From positions 1 through 64,000 of IMG/VR virus record IMGVR_UViG_3300048818_000143: 64,000 nt of DNA; one strand, 5' to 3'. This document shows positions 52,033-60,635 of this stretch, piece by piece. Below the pieces are notes generated by a model. That model saw only the letters and a list, made by a program, of their open reading frames with translations. It did not search any database and was not told where the DNA came from. The translations under genes and the position numbers were made by a program. Position 1 is the stretch's first letter, and each line of letters begins with the position of its first letter. This DNA comes from a virus.

Positions 52033-52276
52033 AACGACTGGCGAAGTCACCGCGATTTATAGCGATGCTCTCGCCGACCTATGCGACGAGGGCGCCGCGA
52101 CTATCACGCGCGCGTCTCATGTCGAGCCCGTTGTGCTCGAAAATCCGGCCGGCGAGGTGGAAAGCGGATGGGCTGCGACTATGAACAACGGGATCATGAT
52201 CGGACCTTTTCGGCTGCGCCAAACGGCGCTTGACGCCGAGGTTGATTATCTCGAAAGGATACTACTAGGTCTCTAA
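52007..52276 (+). CDS. hypothetical conserved phage protein (89 aa)
   Basis: GTG start inside the end of the previous gene. The motif ITRASHVEP...W.A.M..G...GPFRLRQTALDAEVDYLE is reminiscent of a recurrent small phage family. Confidence 0.45.
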   Translation: MKPLKLLIETTGEVTAIYSDALADLCDEGAATITRASHVEPVVLENPAGEVESGWAATMNNGIMIGPFRLRQTALDAEVDYLERILLGL

Positions 52277-52307
52277 ACCCCTTAACTGTTTTTGGGAGAA
52301 CAGGAAA

Positions 52308-53219
52308 ATGGCTGAGTCAAATATCATGGATCGCTGCGTTCTGCTCCAGGTCTCCGTTTCAAGCTTTGGAGTCAAGCGCAAGCTGCCGACCTCGAAGATA
52401 GACGCCGGCGACGCCAATAAAACCTTTCTGCACGTATCGAAGGACTTGATCAAGTCCGAGCGCTACACCGCGATCAGGAAGGCTGACGGGGATTTCCGCA
52501 CGTGGCTGACCTCGCGCTGTCTACCGTCGCTGTTCAAAGAGGGTATTTACTTACTGCCGATCGACTTGATCGAAGAGGTGGACGCCGAGATCCAAAAGTA
52601 CACCGCTGCGCGCCAGGAGCGGATTGATCGGTTTCTCGAGGAATACCCGGACAAGCGCGACGAGGCGGAAACCGAGCTGGGTTCATGCTTCGATGCTTCG
52701 CAGTATCCCGAGCCGATGGCCGTGCGCGCGACGTTCGGAGTAGTCACCCGGTATCTGTCATTCTCGACGCCAGGCAACTTACGGGGAATCAATAAAGACA
52801 TTTTCGATCGCGAGACTCAGAAACTCAAAGAGACGATCGCGAGCGCTCAGGAGGAGATTCAAACCGTGCTCCGCGCCGGGTTTTCGGAGCTCGTTACCCA
52901 TCTGATCGACAGGCTCTCACCGGATGCCACAGGTAAGCAGAAGGTGTTTCGCGACTCGTTGATCGGGAACGTCCGCGACTTCATGGCTAACTTTGCGGCG
53001 CGCAACATTACCGATGACGCAGAGCTAGCGGCGCTGGTCGATCAGGCGCGCGAGATTATCGAAGGCGTCGACCCTCAGACGCTGCGCGACCATAGGGGCG
53101 TTAGAAACACCGTGCGCGAAGCGCTGGCCGACGTGAAATCAACCCTCGATGAAATGCTGGTAGACAAGCCAGGCCGCAAGATCGCTTTCGAAGACATGCA
53201 GGGAGAGGCTACCGCATAG
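52308..53219 (+). CDS. DUF3150-like protein (303 aa)
   Basis: The N-terminal VLLQVSVSSFGVKRKL....ID and the later LLPIDLIEEVDAEIQKYTAARQERIDRFLEEYP resemble the DUF3150 pattern (from memory). GGAGAA RBS. Confidence 0.55.
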   Translation: MAESNIMDRCVLLQVSVSSFGVKRKLPTSKIDAGDANKTFLHVSKDLIKSERYTAIRKADGDFRTWLTSRCLPSLFKEGIYLLPIDLIEEVDAEIQKYTAARQERIDRFLEEYPDKRDEAETELGSCFDASQYPEPMAVRATFGVVTRYLSFSTPGNLRGINKDIFDRETQKLKETIASAQEEIQTVLRAGFSELVTHLIDRLSPDATGKQKVFRDSLIGNVRDFMANFAARNITDDAELAALVDQAREIIEGVDPQTLRDHRGVRNTVREALADVKSTLDEMLVDKPGRKIAFEDMQGEATA

Positions 53220-53255
53220 CGACATTCCCAGGCGCGGCCGGCCGTCGCTGATGCC

Positions 53256-53471
53256 TCAACCCTCGAGCACGCCGCTGCTCGGGGGTTTTTCTTTGACCTT
53301 CAGACAAACAGCAATCGGATAACCTTGCACCCACCGCGCCAGACCTCGCGGCTTATCTTCAAGTTGCTTCGGAATTGAATTTGCTTCGGCTCGCGCCTTA
53401 CGACTGGAAGCCCGCAGCATCTCGCGGATACGTTCGCCGTGTCGTGCAGCCTCATCGACTTTGAATTTCAT
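53256..53471 (-). CDS. hypothetical small basic protein (71 aa)
   Basis: Start at MKFKVDEAARHGER, with GAGG 5 nt upstream. Last gene of the minus-strand recombination block. Confidence 0.45.
   Translation of the reverse strand: MKFKVDEAARHGERIREMLRASSRKARAEANSIPKQLEDKPRGLARWVQGYPIAVCLKVKEKPPSSGVLEG
53260..53294 (+). terminator. rho-independent terminator at a convergent junction
   Basis: CCCTCGAGCA (53260-53269), loop CGCCGC, TGCTCGGGGG (53276-53285; one G.U pair), then TTTTTCTTT. It overlaps the 3' end of the convergent minus-strand ORF. Confidence 0.6.
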
Positions 53472-53478
53472 TTGAACC

Positions 53479-54129
53479 TCACTTCTCGAAGATGATCTTG
53501 CGCGGCGCATCGGTTACGACAAGCGAGGCTTTTCGCTCGCGCGCGATGCGCTGCTCTTCCAGAATTAGCCGCTTCTGCGTGCGCTTGGTTTTCTTCGCTA
53601 GCTGAGTCTCGAGCGCCTCGAGCTCGCGCCTGCGCTGCTCCACCCGGTCGTAAACGCTGCCCATCTGCTCCGCAACTAGCTGCTCTGTCCTGTCAGCTTT
53701 GGGCTCGAAGCGCGCCGGGTTTGCCATCTCATAGGCCAACTTGCAGCCGAGGAACTCAATCAACATCCCCTCATCGATCGCGTCGAGCTGCGCGTGGGTG
53801 CCAGACGCGAAGTGCAGAACGTAATAGCCGCGGCTGGCGTCCTGAATCTCGAGCAGCGCCGGCCTCTGTGTGGGTGCCAGACGTAGCCTTACCCGATAAG
53901 TCGCGTTGTAACTTAGCGGCACCTCGTTGCCTGAAAGTATGTCATCTCCGCTCACGCCCACGCCGAAGGGGTTGTAACTACCTTCGCGGACGATATTTTC
54001 CCGCACGCCGAAGAACTTTCGCGCATAGCGATACTTCCCGTCGAAATTCGTGATCTCCGCGATCCAGGGCTTTAGGCCGCCAGACGCGATCACGTCCCAC
54101 TGTGCGCCAGCTTTGATTAGTTCAGGCAT
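53479..54129 (-). CDS. hypothetical protein (216 aa) with C-terminal coiled coil
   Basis: Start taken at MPELIKAGAQWD, because the 45 upstream codons are Arg-rich. Contains two copies of the 13-mer repeat (53795, 53871). Confidence 0.55.
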   Translation of the reverse strand: MPELIKAGAQWDVIASGGLKPWIAEITNFDGKYRYARKFFGVRENIVREGSYNPFGVGVSGDDILSGNEVPLSYNATYRVRLRLAPTQRPALLEIQDASRGYYVLHFASGTHAQLDAIDEGMLIEFLGCKLAYEMANPARFEPKADRTEQLVAEQMGSVYDRVEQRRRELEALETQLAKKTKRTQKRLILEEQRIARERKASLVVTDAPRKIIFEK

Positions 54130-54297
54130 CAGCCGTGCTCGCCGATTATTCCGAATTTGCCTTCCGGTCGCCCGACCTCGTAGCAACAGATGATCCCGAA
54201 GAACTGCGTGCGCGTAACTCCAAGCCGATCCTCGCATTGGCAGGACTGATACATATCTTCCCACTTCGCCGCGACGCCGAGTTGAGTGAAATCTAGT

Positions 54298-54660
54298 TCA
54301 GGCATGGGTGCCAGACGCGAGCGCTTTGCGGATCGTATCCATCGCGCGCCCGTCCTTTATCATCGCTTTAGTGAAGCGCAGCACCCGCCATCCTGCAAGC
54401 ACCGCCGCATTATATTTGTCGCAGTCGCTTTCGAAGTGCGCTCCCCTGCCGTGGGCGCCAGACACCCAGCTCCCGCCCTCGCATTCAATGGCGATTAGAT
54501 GCCAGGGATCCGCGAAATCGAATCTCCAGCGCCGCGCAGAGTAGAATTTATATTCCCGCTCAAATAGCTCCGCTCGACCCGCCAATTTAAGATGGAATAG
54601 CATCAGGTCTTCGAGCGAAGAGTTGCGCGCCTTGAGCTGGGCTTTCTGTAGCACGTTCAT
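54298..54660 (-). CDS. PD-(D/E)XK nuclease, Vsr/DUF559-like (120 aa)
   Basis: Start MNVLQKAQ forms an ATGA overlap with the upstream stop. EREYKFYSARRWRFDFADPWHLIAIECEGGSWVSGAHGRGAHFESDCDKYNAAVLAGWRVLRFT fits the restriction-endonuclease-like fold family commonly found in phages. Confidence 0.6.
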   Translation of the reverse strand: MNVLQKAQLKARNSSLEDLMLFHLKLAGRAELFEREYKFYSARRWRFDFADPWHLIAIECEGGSWVSGAHGRGAHFESDCDKYNAAVLAGWRVLRFTKAMIKDGRAMDTIRKALASGTHA

Positions 54661-54854
54661 GCTGTTTTCCGCACCAGATGAATCGTCGGCGGTTGAATCC
54701 TCTGGACGTATTCGAAACAGTCCAAACAAATTCGCGTCGCCGTCGCTAATTTTGTAGGTATTGACCACGCTGGATCAACCTCCAGCATCTCATCGATATG
54801 CCTCGACCGCCTGCATAGTCTGCACAGTCTGCGCATGTTCGTGAACTCTGCCAT
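54657..54854 (-). CDS. small Zn-ribbon protein (65 aa)
   Basis: MAEFTNMRRLCRLCRR...ICLDCFEY carries two CxxC pairs. Coupled to the nuclease gene. Confidence 0.45.
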   Translation of the reverse strand: MAEFTNMRRLCRLCRRSRHIDEMLEVDPAWSIPTKLATATRICLDCFEYVQRIQPPTIHLVRKTA

Positions 54855-55210
54855 TCTGGTCCCTCCAGCGGTTGCACCACGCGTGAAGACTTCCATGCGG
54901 CACTAGCAACCTGTGTGCCAGCATGGCTTCCATAGCTGCGAAGTTCACACGAGCCAAAGTACGCCGATGCCACGTAAAGACGTGGACTTACAACGGGCTT
55001 TTAGTCAGAGAACTGCGCCACGCCGAAGGGCTATTAGACCAGCAAGTATGGATGGCGACTCTGTTGCTCATGAGCGGAAGACAGCTAACGGCTATGTTAC
55101 GCCTCTTGTTTCCGTCGGACAAGATGGTACATAATTAAACCATCCCCCAGGATGGCGAGAAGACAGCACTTGCCGAAAGCGCCGATACATCTCCCCGATG
55201 GTCGGCGTTT

Positions 55211-55468
55211 TCAATTTCTGGCGTACTCGATGGCGCTTTCCCGAGAATTGAAACCATCTGCGATACGTTTGCCGTTTTCAAAGACTGCCCATTCGGTAAA
55301 TTCCAAGCGCAGGCCGTACTTTCGAACGTCCAGCACTGAGCGCGTTTGCGTGATCATGTTCTTTCGGTGCTTTTGCTCGTGTTTGACATCGCCCCATTCG
55401 TCGGGCGTGCGCGTCACTTTCCAGTCGGGGCCAGATTCCGGACGTTCCCATATTTCACGCTGGTTCAT
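55211..55468 (-). CDS. hypothetical protein (85 aa)
   Basis: ORF with ordinary composition. 4-nt overlap with the upstream gene. Confidence 0.5.
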   Translation of the reverse strand: MNQREIWERPESGPDWKVTRTPDEWGDVKHEQKHRKNMITQTRSVLDVRKYGLRLEFTEWAVFENGKRIADGFNSRESAIEYARN

Positions 55469-55863
55469 TTCTGGATTCCCTTCTCGCCTACGATCGCGAT
55501 TGCCTTTCGGAGCACCGCTAGATTCGCGCGCCTCTGGTCGCCAGACGCCGCTAGCGCTTCCCGATGCGCGTTCTTCAGGTCGGCAAGCGCGTGCGTTTCC
55601 TTCCGCCGCGGCGCCATATCGACTACACGACTGGACTTTTCATCCAACCAACGGCGTTTGTTAAGGTACGTTGCCGGGTTTGGAATGTAATCTCGATTCT
55701 CCGGCCATACGCGCGTCTCGACGTCTTCCATGATTGTCGCGAGCAGCATCGCGTTGGGCTCTAATTTGCGCCAGGCCGCCCATGCTTCGTCGCGATGGGT
55801 CTTTCTGGGATAACGGTTATAGAAGATTTGAAATTCAGCACTCTCGAATAGATGCGTCTTCAT
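55465..55863 (-). CDS. conserved phage protein (132 aa), F..FY..YPRK motif family
   Basis: Start at MKTHLFESAEF (GGGGAG upstream). FQIFYNRYPRKTHRDEAWAAWRKL...YIPNPATYLNKRRWLDE is a recurrent motif in phage replication-module proteins (from memory). Confidence 0.55.
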   Translation of the reverse strand: MKTHLFESAEFQIFYNRYPRKTHRDEAWAAWRKLEPNAMLLATIMEDVETRVWPENRDYIPNPATYLNKRRWLDEKSSRVVDMAPRRKETHALADLKNAHREALAASGDQRRANLAVLRKAIAIVGEKGIQK

Positions 55864-56146
55864 AACTCCCCGCGTTGTCGATCGCAACTTGTAGCGCGAC
55901 TATTCCGTCTGCGTATTCTCCATCCCAAGTCATCAGCCAGCACGTAGCCAGCGCGTCTTCGATCAATTCCGTGGCCCGGCCGAATAGTTCCGGATCGTTG
56001 TCGTCGTCGGCGCGCAGCAAACAGAGCCACAGCCAATCGGGATACTCCAAGTATAGCTCTCGCGTTTTCTCAATGAGCTCGAGTACCGTGCCAACCGGTT
56101 TCACCTCGGCCGCCGAATCTGACGAATGAGTCTTCTTTTTCGCCAA
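55835..56146 (-). CDS. hypothetical acidic protein (103 aa)
   Basis: ORF with ordinary composition in the minus-strand block. Confidence 0.5.
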   Translation of the reverse strand: MAKKKTHSSDSAAEVKPVGTVLELIEKTRELYLEYPDWLWLCLLRADDDNDPELFGRATELIEDALATCWLMTWDGEYADGIVALQVAIDNAGSYEDASIREC

Positions 56147-56244
56147 AGCCTAAATCCTTCCCGTCAAGCAGGAGCCTTCCAAGCTCCGGAGACCATGTTA
56201 CCCTCGACTTCGAGCTCTCGGGTGCCACAGCGGGCGGCTCCTGC

Positions 56245-56661
56245 TTAAGCCGGGGCCTTCTCTTCTTCTTCCCCCATTCCATTCAACGTCTCCACTACGC
56301 GCAACTGAAATAGTTGCGGCTGCTTTAACACGAAACTGTTGGGAAAGCGAAGCGTCGCTATTCCGATCGCTCGAAGTGCCCGATCGCGCCGGCCGTCCCT
56401 GCCCTTGGTGCGCGCGTGAACACCGCCATCAAGTTCTACGCACAACTTCTTTTTACGATGGAACAGATCGAGAATCCAACCGTTCGTCGCGCCGGCGCTC
56501 CGGTGCCGCGGTGTCGTGATCGAGACTTGCCGCTCGAACCCGAGCCGCTGCAGCACTTCCCAGGCTTTCGCTTCCGCCGGCGTGGGTGCCAGACGCATGC
56601 GTGCGGCTTGATGGATTCTGAAAAGTCGCCTCTGTTCCTCTGTGTGGAATCTATTGTTCAT
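56245..56661 (-). CDS. DUF559 endonuclease-domain protein (Vsr-like fold, 138 aa)
   Basis: PTPAEAKAWEVLQRLGFERQ...WILDLFHRKKKLCVELDGGVHA....DGRRDRALRAIGIATLRFPNSFVL matches the DUF559 pattern (T.aE..LW..LR...F.RQ....y..DF.....klviElDG..H......D..R...L...G...lRf.n..v). Carries one 13-mer copy near its 5' end. Confidence 0.7.
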   Translation of the reverse strand: MNNRFHTEEQRRLFRIHQAARMRLAPTPAEAKAWEVLQRLGFERQVSITTPRHRSAGATNGWILDLFHRKKKLCVELDGGVHARTKGRDGRRDRALRAIGIATLRFPNSFVLKQPQLFQLRVVETLNGMGEEEEKAPA

Positions 56662-56836
56662 GGCTCATATGTGGCGCGGTTTCGGCGAGCCAGCAATCTG
56701 CGCACAGCGGCTCATCGTTGATACCTAGCAGCGCTTCTTGGATCGGGCGCCGGCAGCGCGCGCAGGCATCTTCCACGGAATTCCGAACATCAGGAGGAAC
56801 TGCGCCAGCGCTTTTTCTTTTTGTTGTGTGTTCCAT
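56651..56836 (-). CDS. small Zn-ribbon protein (61 aa)
   Basis: ACARCRRP...LCADCW carries two CxxC pairs. It competes with ORF 56725-56928 in another frame, so the boundaries are uncertain. Confidence 0.4.
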   Translation of the reverse strand: MEHTTKRKSAGAVPPDVRNSVEDACARCRRPIQEALLGINDEPLCADCWLAETAPHMSHEQ

Positions 56837-56914
56837 GCGATGTCACCGTAAATGCGTTCTTCGCGCGGTTCGCGTTGAATCCAATCGTCCAGCGATGCGT
56901 AAGGAAAATCGCCT

Positions 56915-57787
56915 TCAAAAGATTTCACGGTCAGCAGCGAGCCTCCGGACTGTCGTTGAGATAGATGCCGCTACTGAGCGTGGCTTTTTCTCATCGTATC
57001 CCGCCTTGTACGCGCGGCTAATCTCTATCCCGCAGCCCGAGACTTTCGCGTAGTTTTTACAAAATCCGCGCAAGCCAGCGACGATGTGCTTTTGCTTCGA
57101 CTCTGAGATGGCCCGTTCAGCGTACAAGATATCCGCCATCTCGAACGCCCAGGACTCGAATTCCTCGCCGTCGAGCTCGATCGCGCCTTCGGGTTTCGGC
57201 CAATCTTTCGTCTGGACGCGATTCCAGAACTCGAGGATCTCGGGAGCAATGCTTTTCTCCCACCATTCGATATCGAATCGGACGGGGATTATCACGAGCT
57301 CGCCGCGGAAGTAGCAGCCATAATCCGCCTCTTCCGTCTCCGTGATGAAAAGCTGCGTCATGATTTGAGCCATGTAGTGCTCGGGGATATGCCCCTCTTT
57401 CGCCTGGCGGAAGGTTCCAGCCTCGATCGGGCATTTCAACTCGACGGGCCGGTTGATTTCGTGGCGCCAGCCGTCGAGCGAGCACATGAGGAACTCCCAG
57501 CCCGGCCGCGTGCATTCGACTACCAGAGGATTTACCGCGTCTCCGACTTCGATCGCGTAGGCGATCCGCGCTTCGTCTTCGGTGTCGTGGCCGTGCTTGG
57601 TGGCTTCGTGGGTGCCGGACTTCGAATTCTTCTGGCCGGACTTCTCGAGGAACAATCCAAAAGGGCCGCTGACGCCTTTGAATGGGTCCGTCATGAGAAT
57701 TACCGGCACGTCTGAGGCTCCGATGTGATCGGCGCGGATTTTATGCCAAGCCTCGCTATTCTGCTCTACGTCGATAATCTTCGGCAT
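56915..57787 (-). CDS. YqaJ-type (lambda-Exo-like) recombination exonuclease (290 aa)
   Basis: Start MPKIIDVEQNSEAWHKIRADHIGASDVPVIL is the YqaJ N-terminal signature, and forms an ATGA overlap with the annealing-protein gene stop. Confidence 0.75.
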   Translation of the reverse strand: MPKIIDVEQNSEAWHKIRADHIGASDVPVILMTDPFKGVSGPFGLFLEKSGQKNSKSGTHEATKHGHDTEDEARIAYAIEVGDAVNPLVVECTRPGWEFLMCSLDGWRHEINRPVELKCPIEAGTFRQAKEGHIPEHYMAQIMTQLFITETEEADYGCYFRGELVIIPVRFDIEWWEKSIAPEILEFWNRVQTKDWPKPEGAIELDGEEFESWAFEMADILYAERAISESKQKHIVAGLRGFCKNYAKVSGCGIEISRAYKAGYDEKKPRSVAASISTTVRRLAADREIF

Positions 57788-58947
57788 CAGCCCTGAGCCT
57801 CTTTCGCCTTTTTCTGCGATTCCGCTTTGCCGCTCATAATCTTGATCAGCGCGTCGGCCTGCTTCGCCGCGATGTCGGCTTTGCGCGTCTTCCACAGATC
57901 CGCGAACGATCCTTCAGCCGGCAGCGAGAACATCTTGAGGAACATAGCCTTGCCTTCGGCGCGCTTCGCATCGTCCGGATATTCGACCGAGGCGAACGTC
58001 TTATCGATCTGCTCCAAAAGCGTACCGTCTGCCTGGCTCGAATCTGCCGTTGCTTGCGCTGCGCCGCCCGTAGCGCCCGTTTCGGCCTGCTTCGGGGGTC
58101 TTCCCTTGCGTTTGGCCGGCTCGCCGCCTCCTGAGCCTTCTTCTTTCTTGTCGTCGGAACCGTGAAACGTGTCGGCAGGATCGTCACGCTTGCCCTCGAC
58201 TTCGGGAGATTCTTCGTCGAAGATCGCCGACGCGCCGGTTACGAGCCGCACCGCTGCGACTAGACAACGCTTCTCGGCGATTCGAATGACCGTGTTGAAC
58301 TGATCTGGCACGTCGAGATTCGGCACCCGTCCGACTTCTTGACCTTCGATTTCCTTTGCACCATCGGACCACTTGTGACCGCAGCCGCCCTTTTTGGCGA
58401 AACACAGCCAGCCGCCACCGTATTCAGCCTTGCCCTTGATAATCGCGTCCTTTCCGCATTCCGGACATTTCCGGCCGGCTTGACGCCACTGGTACTTGCT
58501 TTCGAACGTCGAACAGATCGCCGATGCTCCACCGAGTCGCCCGCCGCTGACCTGCGAATAAAGCGTGCAGTAGCGCTTGACCAGAAGGTGGCGCATTTTC
58601 TCGCCCTTGTCCGTGGTCTCGGTGATGAATTGCTCGGAATTGCCATCGCCTGAGAACTGCGCGTCGAGATTGAACAGCACGCAGAGCTTCTCCGCGCCCG
58701 GCTTCAAAAGCGTCGGCTTCGAAATATCCTTGCCGTCTTTGTCCTTGCGCTCAGTGCCGGGGATCACGCCGTAGTCGATATTCGGCTTCATCGCGTCGCG
58801 CTGAACTTCGATGATCTTGTCGAGCCGCGCTTTTATTTCTTCCGCGGTACGCTCCTCCGCGCGCACAATCTGTCCCGTCTCGCGTAGCGCTACTTCGCGG
58901 GAATTGTTATGAGGTTCATCCGTAACAATTTCGACTTCTTTCGACAT
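57787..58947 (-). CDS. putative single-strand annealing protein (RecT/Redbeta-like) with inserted Zn-ribbon (386 aa)
   Basis: Immediately upstream of, and coupled to, the YqaJ exonuclease. NIDYGVIPGT....KPTLLKPGAEKLCVLFNL resembles SSAP cores. An inserted CPECGK...CFAKKGGCGHKW is present, and the C-terminus is acidic/Gly-rich. AAGGAG RBS. Confidence 0.55.
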   Translation of the reverse strand: MSKEVEIVTDEPHNNSREVALRETGQIVRAEERTAEEIKARLDKIIEVQRDAMKPNIDYGVIPGTERKDKDGKDISKPTLLKPGAEKLCVLFNLDAQFSGDGNSEQFITETTDKGEKMRHLLVKRYCTLYSQVSGGRLGGASAICSTFESKYQWRQAGRKCPECGKDAIIKGKAEYGGGWLCFAKKGGCGHKWSDGAKEIEGQEVGRVPNLDVPDQFNTVIRIAEKRCLVAAVRLVTGASAIFDEESPEVEGKRDDPADTFHGSDDKKEEGSGGGEPAKRKGRPPKQAETGATGGAAQATADSSQADGTLLEQIDKTFASVEYPDDAKRAEGKAMFLKMFSLPAEGSFADLWKTRKADIAAKQADALIKIMSGKAESQKKAKEAQG

Positions 58948-58970
58948 CGATAATTCTCCTTTGTCGCCGC

Positions 58971-59000
58971 ACTATATAATTTCCATGCACACTATTGCAA
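58971..59000 (-). promoter_or_regulatory. putative sigma70-type promoter of the recombination operon
   Basis: On the minus strand: TTGCAA (58995-59000), 18-nt spacer, TATAGT (58971-58976), then AAGGAG and the ATG at 58947. The palindromic TTGCAA could also serve a plus-strand promoter (TTGCAA-17-TAGTAA, 58995-59023). Confidence 0.45.
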
Positions 59001-59127
59001 TACGTCCGCGACTTTGGTAGTAAGCATGGCGTCTAGCGTTGTTGGGCCGCAACCGATCATTGCGAACAAGCCCCTCATCGGGCGGTACGTAAAGCCGCTC
59101 GGCCTTTCTCAAGGGAGGCGGTGCGGG

Positions 59128-59496
59128 ATGAAACACGAAGAGGATGTGTTGGACATGCTGCTAGGCTCGCAAGAACTCACTCCAAGCCAGTTCCACGACC
59201 GCGCGCGCAAAAGCCAGCTCGAGCCCGAGCAGCGCCTATTGCTGGCTATTCTCGAAAGTGCGATTCGCGAATCCAAATTACAGAGCAACGGCATCGACCA
59301 TCGAGCGTCCGTGATGAAATGGATCGCCGGCGCCGACTGCGACGTACCATTCCAGCTTTGTTGCGAGGGGCTCGGTATCGAACTGGACTACGCGCGTCCT
59401 CGGCTTCTGCGAGAAATCAATAAAAGCAGCGCTAAAAATTGGTCGGCAGCAATCCGCTTGCGTTCGGACTATCTGCCGAAGGAGCCGACCAAATGA
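59128..59496 (+). CDS. hypothetical protein (122 aa), paralog of 44738-45115
   Basis: ATG with GGGAGG upstream. Shares the LLLAILESAIRE...WIAG...PFQLCCEGLGIELDYARPRLL pattern with the minus-strand paralog. Confidence 0.6.
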   Translation: MKHEEDVLDMLLGSQELTPSQFHDRARKSQLEPEQRLLLAILESAIRESKLQSNGIDHRASVMKWIAGADCDVPFQLCCEGLGIELDYARPRLLREINKSSAKNWSAAIRLRSDYLPKEPTK

Positions 59497-59690
59497 GCAT
59501 CATCGAAGCCATCAAGCGCGGTGAGGCGTGCGAGATATGCGGTAATCCTTTTGAACGGGGCGAACCCTATTCGATAAAATATCGCTTCGGCATCGGCCTC
59601 TACTGTTACCAATGCTACGGCGATGCTCAAGAAGTGAAGCGTAACGACCAATACTGTTTTAAGCCCAAGGAGCACCCCGATGCCAAATGA
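59493..59690 (+). CDS. small Zn-ribbon protein (65 aa)
   Basis: ATGA overlap with the upstream stop. ACEICGNPF...LYCYQCYGD. Confidence 0.5.
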   Translation: MSIIEAIKRGEACEICGNPFERGEPYSIKYRFGIGLYCYQCYGDAQEVKRNDQYCFKPKEHPDAK

Positions 59691-59723
59691 CGAGCAACAG
59701 CGCGAGGTGGCGGAGAGAGAAGG

Positions 59724-60221
59724 ATGATTCCGACAGTAGGCGTGCTTGATGAGTTCTTCTGGAGCCGGGTCGACGAGAACGGACCTTTACCCGCATATCG
59801 ACCGGAGTTAGGTCCGTGTTGGATTTGGACAGGCGCGACAACTAATGGATACGGGCATTATCGCAATCGTCGATGCCATCGCCTGATCTATGAATTAGTT
59901 AATGGTCCGGTGCCCCCGTCCTTGACACTAGATCACCTTTGTCGAGTCCGTCGCTGCGTAAGACCCGATCATGTCGAGCCAACAACCAATAAAGAAAACA
60001 TCCTTCGGGGCGAGGGCTTCAGTGCTATCAACGCGCGAAAAACGCACTGTCCTCAAGGTCATCCCTATTCTCGTGAGAACACGGCCCGCATTTCAACTAA
60101 CAACGACCGTAGATGTCGCATTTGTAAAGCAGAGAATTTCAAGAAGTGGTGGCAATTACATGGCGAAGAACAACGTGAGTTACGACGTACTCGAAAGCGT
60201 CAATCGCTACTACAATCTTAA
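59724..60221 (+). CDS. HNH homing endonuclease (165 aa)
   Basis: CWIWTGATTNGYGHYRNRRCHRLIYELVNGPVP.SLTLDHLCRVRRCVRPDHVEPTTNKEN is the classic phage HNH_3-type signature. A C-terminal HCPQGHPY...RRCRIC follows. Lower GC than its surroundings. Confidence 0.8.
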   Translation: MIPTVGVLDEFFWSRVDENGPLPAYRPELGPCWIWTGATTNGYGHYRNRRCHRLIYELVNGPVPPSLTLDHLCRVRRCVRPDHVEPTTNKENILRGEGFSAINARKTHCPQGHPYSRENTARISTNNDRRCRICKAENFKKWWQLHGEEQRELRRTRKRQSLLQS

Positions 60222-60420
60222 CCTTAGTCCGCCCGACCTGACCCTTCCGCAGCACGCCTGGGCGCTACTAGTGGCGATGCAGAAGCAGGATCTGCTTTCT
60301 GTGGATGACGCGATGGCGCAATGGTTCATAGCCTTTCAGTTATTCAAGCCCGTGGGCTACGATCCCATCGCGGAGTTGATCCAGTACGCCTACGAAGCGA
60401 TACCGAAGGAGAAGAAATGA
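60160..60420 (+). CDS. hypothetical protein (86 aa)
   Basis: Internal ATG of the 59971-60420 ORF (MAKNNVSYDVLESV...). Overlaps the HNH 3' end by 62 nt. Confidence 0.4.
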   Translation: MAKNNVSYDVLESVNRYYNLNLSPPDLTLPQHAWALLVAMQKQDLLSVDDAMAQWFIAFQLFKPVGYDPIAELIQYAYEAIPKEKK

Positions 60421-60635
60421 ACCGCTTATTTCGCTGGTTTCGGAAAACGAAGCCTTTATTGCCGCCAACGTGTGCAGGATGCAAACGGACCTTTAATGGT
60501 GGTGACTTAGTAGACTTGTGCCACAGTCCATATCTCGCGTTTTGCCACAATCGTGGCTTATGCTCGACGAAGTACATGTTCGCTGAAAATGTCAAAGACA
60601 TGATGGTTATGAATACGAGAACCTACCCACGATGA
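60417..60635 (+). CDS. small Cys-containing protein (72 aa)
   Basis: ATGA overlap with the upstream stop. TCAGCKRTF...LCHSPYLAFCHNRGLC. Confidence 0.45.
   Translation: MNRLFRWFRKTKPLLPPTCAGCKRTFNGGDLVDLCHSPYLAFCHNRGLCSTKYMFAENVKDMMVMNTRTYPR

Larger units (their letters stand above)
53795..56595 (-). repeat. dispersed 13-mer TGGGTGCCAGACG (+ strand), four perfect copies in the same orientation
   Basis: Copies at 53795-53807, 53871-53883, 54305-54317 and 56583-56595. Copies 1 and 4 share 17 nt (gcgtgggtgccagacgc), and copies 1 and 3 share 16 nt. Imperfect copies lie near 54451 and 57608. They are read in two different frames (ASGTH / RLAPT). Confidence 0.85.

Noticed and set aside
54746-54973. 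75-aa minus-strand ORF.
   Set aside because: It overlaps the better-supported Zn-ribbon ORF in another frame and has an odd composition (Ser/Cys/Arg/Gly-rich).
54897-55210. About 310-nt gap in the minus-strand block, examined for a small ORF or an RNA gene.
   Set aside because: Only 27-32-codon ORFs without RBS were found, and no convincing stem-loop architecture was visible by eye. It is left unannotated.
56725-56928. 67-aa ORF overlapping 56651-56836 in another frame; a possible frameshifted single gene.
   Set aside because: The N-terminal half looks protein-like, but no slippery site is evident and I cannot decide between the two readings. Only the Zn-ribbon ORF was listed, at low confidence.
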